A DNA stretch of 58,577 nucleotides, counting the filler, from Basidioascus undulatus (lineage: Eukaryota): the NCBI GenBank assembly GCA_000826855.1. It is 3 parts of 3 records of this genome, joined end to end, with 100 filler letters (N's around TTAATTAATTAA, not from the genome) between each part and the next. Parts side by side here need not be neighbours in the genome. Positions count along the whole stretch, not along the records: positions 39,129 to 58,577 come from JTLS01000420.1; 2 more parts are not named here. The stretch is one strand, 5' to 3'. The position numbers were made by a program, and so were the translations under genes. Positions 53,952 through 58,577 of this stretch are shown in pieces. Under the pieces are notes generated by a model. It worked only from the letters and a program-made list of their open reading frames with translations. It had not been told where the DNA came from and did no database searches. Numbering within the stretch: position 1 is the stretch's first letter; every line of letters begins with the position of its first letter.

Positions 53952-56900
53952 TCAAGCGAACAGCGCAACCGCAACCGTGACGACAAGCGTAGCCCCAGCT
54001 CCCACACGGAATGCCGCTACCGTCGGTTCCCGGCCTCCTCCTCACTGCCGGCCTCCCCGTTTCCATCGCCCTCGCAGCCGCCGCTCCACGGCTGGCTCGC
54101 CGCGAGCTGGCTCGCCTGCGCGGTCGGCTGCGTGCCGATCTCCCCGCTGCCAACCATGACCCACTGGCCGATGCTCGGCACGCCGTCGACGACGATGAAG
54201 AGAAGCGCGGGGCCGGGAGCGAAGATGTTGGGGTTAGGTGGGAGCTGGCCGACGTGCAGCGTCCCGGCGCCGGCGGACGTGGCCGTGTAGGCCGTGGGGA
54301 GCTCGAGGTAGCGCTGTCCTGTTGGCGTTGGGAAGGAAGTGTGGTTTAACTGCCAGGAATATCTAAGAGGGTAAAGGAAATGAAGACTGACCGAAGTTGA
54401 TTGCATGCGTGGAAAAGCCGGTGCGGATGACGATAGCCTTGGTCTTGTTCAAGTTGTCCGAGTCCCCCTTGAGATCCTGCACACCCCATTTTTCGCGATC
54501 AGAACATATCCCCCGGCCCAATTTGTTTACTTAACGCACCTCATCACTGAGAATCACGTCAACCTTGTCTCCGCCGTACGAAAGCGTGTCGGGCAAGCCC
54601 TGCGGCTGCGGGCGCCGGTCGTCGTACCAGAGCGGGTACCAGCGCTCGACTCGATATTCGGTGTTGTAGAGGCGTTCGGGCGTAGTGATGACGTCCACGT
54701 TAGCGTTGGAGCCTGATACCCAGACCGAGCCGTCCTCGAGGAGGGTGGCGACAGAGTGGTACATCCTATGACAGGGTGGAAAAGATCTTGCTCAGGATGA
54801 AGTCCAACCGATTGGAGTTAATTGAACAGGGCACCCACCGATCAACAGTCGAGTTCTTAAGTCCCTCCCTTGAGATGCGGCTGCCGCGGGGAGCGTCCGG
54901 GTCCCAGATGAGGGGTTGGTGAAGAGGGTGGTCGCCGTAGCTCTGACCGATGGCGAAAGACTGTGGAAGAGCGGTATTTATAATCAGTATCGGAAGAAGG
55001 CTGGTTCAAAAGGGGAAAGCGTTAACGTACGACGTTGCCATAACCCGCAGTACCGGTCTCGCAGCCGTTGAGGAGAAGCAGCTTTCCGTCCGGCAGCCAG
55101 ATCTGCAACGTGCAGCCCCAAGGTTGAGAGGAGGTCGGCCGCAGAAGTTTCATATGGAAGAGACCTACAAAGTTTCCCATCGTCCTTCCCTCCGGAAGCG
55201 GGTCTTCCTCGACCCACTGCGCGCCGGGCGCGTCGGGGGCGATCGACACGCAGCTGGTGTCCGCCGGCTTCTGCACGACGGTCTCGGGCGGCGCGCCGGC
55301 AGTCCCCCACTGTCGTCCAGGAAAGATCACATCAGAAAAGATCATTTTTGGGGAGTTGAGGGAGATTAACGCACCCCGTCCTGCGGAATGTCCTGCCCGC
55401 CGCAGAAGAGGAACGAGGCGGTGTAGTTGTTCGCCGGGGTGAGGGGCAGCATGGCTGTCGCACCAGACGCGGGGTAGACACGAGCAGCATGAGGGATCTG
55501 CAGCCGGAATTTTTCCACAATGTTAGTGAAAGAGAGAAGAAGTTGAGAGCTAACTTCAGGGGAAGAGTGAACGTACGTCGGGGATGGCAGTCTCCGTCTG
55601 CGTGTCGAGGTCCCAGACCATTGCGGCGTACATCGCCTGGAAGAACAGGCGGCCGGAAGGAAGCAGCCAAAGCAGCGCTGTTTTGAGGAATTGAGAGAAT
55701 GTGAGCTCTGGCGCCGCGGTCGGGAAAAGGAGATGGGCGATGAAAATGCACGGTAAAGCTGTATGAGCGAAGATGTTCAGAATGCTGGACAGAACAAATA
55801 TAGGTGGGGAGACAACGGCACTCACGTTCACTGGCATCGTCCGTTCCTCAAGGAAGTCCAAGTGGATAGCCGCCCCGCCCCTGGGGGGGTAAAACTCATA
55901 CGTCCTTTCGCCCGTTCTCTCCCATTCAACCTCCTTGTTCTGAAAATTCGCTCGAGTCTGCGAACTGCGCTTACGGATTGTTCTGACCGGGGTCGTTGAT
56001 GTATCCACTGTCGAAGGCCGGAAAACGAACGGTCAGTCATCGCCGTTCGTGAACAGCAGAAGCGACAACGGGAAGTGGCGTACCCCCACTGGTCCCCGCC
56101 CACAATGATGGCCGACCCATCTCCGAGCGTCTCGAGACTCGGGTACCAGCGCCAGCCAGTCATGAAGTCCACCCCTTCCACCCACTCGTCCGACGCGCGG
56201 AGGTCGAGCGTGCGGATGGCGGCGCGGCCGTCGCCGTTTCCGTACGGGTTGGGGCGAACGGGTCCCGGCTGCTCGTTCACAGCTGCACCGCCGTAGGTCA
56301 CGGCCTGAAACAAGGATCAAAAGAAGGGGAAAATGCGTGTCAGCAGCATCTTGTATGAAAAAAGCAGGGGTAGAGTCGAATGCGCACTTGGTTGCCGCCG
56401 ACTGCGAGGGGAGAATGGGTCAGACGGAAGTCCGGGAGGATAGGGGAGAGATAAAGGCGGTCGAAAACTCACCGTTCAGCCACCGCCCATCCCCAAGGAC
56501 CGTCCCTCCAGCACAGAACGAGTTGGTCATGACGTCCTTGGCGACCCACTCGTTCGTCGTGATGTTGTAGACGGTGGCCCACGCCTGCAGCCCATTCACT
56601 CGTTGAGCTTCCAATCCCCCAGACTGCAGGGTCGTCAAGCGCCCGGTCCGCAACGCACCGGGTGTCCGTTGATCTGGGGAGGATTGTTCTCGGTCTTGTC
56701 GATGATCCAGACGTTTCCATCCTGAGCGAGGAAGGCCTGAAGGGAGAAGATTTGTGTTCTGGGTCAGCCACGGGCAAGTCCACCGGGGTCGCCCGCAAGC
56801 AGGAAGGGTCTGAAAACGAAGAGACGGACCATCTGAGCTGACACTCCGGATTCACCGACGATCTCGAAGCCCCCCAGGTTGGCGGCCGAGGCGAGAAGGG

Positions 56901-56958
56901 GGAGCGCTGCGACAAGCGCTGCGACAGTCCTGGGACGAGGACGAGAACGGAAATGCAT
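53952..56958 (-). CDS. Copper radical oxidase / glyoxal oxidase family (AA5_1), secreted, probably GPI-anchored
   Basis: Signal peptide, ESGVSAQM, IIDKTENNP, NSFCAGG (Cys), RWYP (Tyr), MYHSVATLLEDGSV (Tyr-His), TGFSTHAINF (His), PPNPNIFAPGPALLF. The main frame stops at 54017. A hydrophobic tail in another frame ends at 53952. Confidence 0.93.
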
Positions 56959-58492
56959 GTCGCTGCGTCGCTGTCGAAGTCGAGCGAAAGGAGCGATAAG
57001 TTTGGGGTGGATCGCGATGGAAGGAGGCAATAGAGCCGGGGGTGATGGCGAGGACCAAAGGAGGTAAAGCAGCTGAAAGTGAAAAAGGAAAGAGGGCAGA
57101 CTAAAACAAAGAAGAGAGTGGTCAAAGGTGAAGAGGAAGTGTGTCGGCGCATCCACACCACAATCAAGGCAGCGCCTCGGCCGAGGGCAGGGCACGCGAA
57201 CGAACACAGCCCGAGCACTTGGCGGACGGGCCGTACCTTGCCATTTGGACGGAGACACCAGGAGGAACACAGGGCAGAGGGGGATCGGCAGGAAGGTTGG
57301 CAATCACGTGTACCGTGTGAAACGAGGCGGCTGTGAAACGACTGAATTGCCCTAGATAACGTTGTTTCAGGCTCGTTGGTCCTGGCTCTGTGGAATACCA
57401 AAAATTGATTTACTTAGAGTAACTGAATTAAATATGGAGACAGACTTTGGTCGCAGTTCTGCCGTTCCTTCACTTTGCCGAGACTGCAGGCGATGGGCTG
57501 AACACGCACAGCAACAGCACGGCGTCCCGGCACAACGTCGTGTGGCAATGGCACCCGCGATTTCGAGTGCCAGAGATGCACAGCAGGGGAATGCATGTCT
57601 ATAAATATTATGAAACTCCAACTGATTCTCATGTTGTAGCAAGCGGTACGCCACGGTCCAGACACGCCCCTTGCAGTCGGCTTCTAGCCTCTTCTTGAGA
57701 GTTCGTAAGGGGAAAGTCCCATTATTTTGATGGTAAGCTGGCTCTACGACTTAAGGAGCTCTGCGGGGTCCTTGTCAGCTTCCCGAAGGACTTGCCGATC
57801 CTGCCAAGGGAGGAAACAGTACGCTGAGCATGCGTCCAGTATCAGCGCTTCGATGTTCACATTGTGGAAACTCATAAAACCTCTCAAATTCCATAGAATT
57901 ATGTCAAATTTATGTAGGGTCAGCTCTGCAAAGACAGCAGAGAGCTCAGCAGGCCGCCCACGTCCATCATCGCATTCGATCGTCTGTTATAAAGTCTCCT
58001 GAAGAGTTTAAAGAGCATAATGGGCATTGAACCTCGCATGCTTCACACTATCCTGCCCCTCCAGGGTTTTCTCGTTTCGTCTCTTTGCGAACCGGGCCGA
58101 CAGGGTTCCAACACCTTGGCTCGTATGCAGATTATTCGGGGATTGAAAACAGGTGAATGATTGTATATATATATGTAACTTTCATTTGATATGATTCTTT
58201 GCTCGGATCGCCCGTTCGACGGTTTCTGTGCCCTCTGAACGTCGCACTGGCAGTGCGTCACAGTACTGTCTCGCATCATTGTAGCGCTGTGTTGGCAATA
58301 CAGCGTTAGCTTAAAGTGATTCAAGGGCTTTTCTGGAACTAGGATCAGAGCGATGCCTCATGGCACCCTCGGAAAGCCGTCTTGCGGCTTTGAACCTTTT
58401 CGGACATAGGACTGACGGTCACCGGGGGGCGTCCGGACAGCGCGATTCCAAGGCCGGAATGGCGTGTAGTGCAAGAAGCAGCAACGCTCTTG

Positions 58493-58577
58493 CCCTCCTC
58501 GAGGACGGCTCGGTCTGGGTATCAGGCTCCAACGCTAACGTGGACGTCATCACTACGCCCGAACGCCTCTACAACAC
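58493..58577 (+). repeat. Exact inverted copy of glyoxal-oxidase exon sequence (54661-54745)
   Basis: 85 nt ccctcctcgaggacggc...ctctacaacac equals the reverse complement of 54661-54745 and runs off the window end. Confidence 0.92.

Overview
Intron-dense, GC-rich fungal DNA, most consistent with a basidiomycete (short GT-AG introns with CTRAY branch points, GTGCGT/GTACGT donors). It is three contigs joined by two artificial 100-nt N-spacers carrying TTAATTAATTAA (19475-19574, 39029-39128), so adjacency across them is unproven. Contig 1: peroxiredoxin-like fragment, OPT/YSL transporter, a Tc1/mariner-type MITE, URA3, an Mso1-like gene, an ACU/Na,K-type P-ATPase, a secreted cupredoxin-like gene with lesions, and the end of a DUF676-type hydrolase. 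Contig 2: WD40 protein, Zn2Cys6 transcription factor, peroxisomal copper amine oxidase divergent from an amine/amino-acid permease, an MTC2/AAA-lid-like protein, and MET3. Contig 3: an intronless secreted DUF6454-like gene, nested retroelement debris, a Cys-rich P1B heavy-metal ATPase, and a copper radical oxidase with an exact inverted partial copy at the window end. The most notable signals are an apparent single-nucleotide exon in the OPT gene, a start codon split by an intron, a candidate amine-utilisation cluster, and a candidate horizontally acquired gene. All gene models are manual readings from the sequence, with no database searches.
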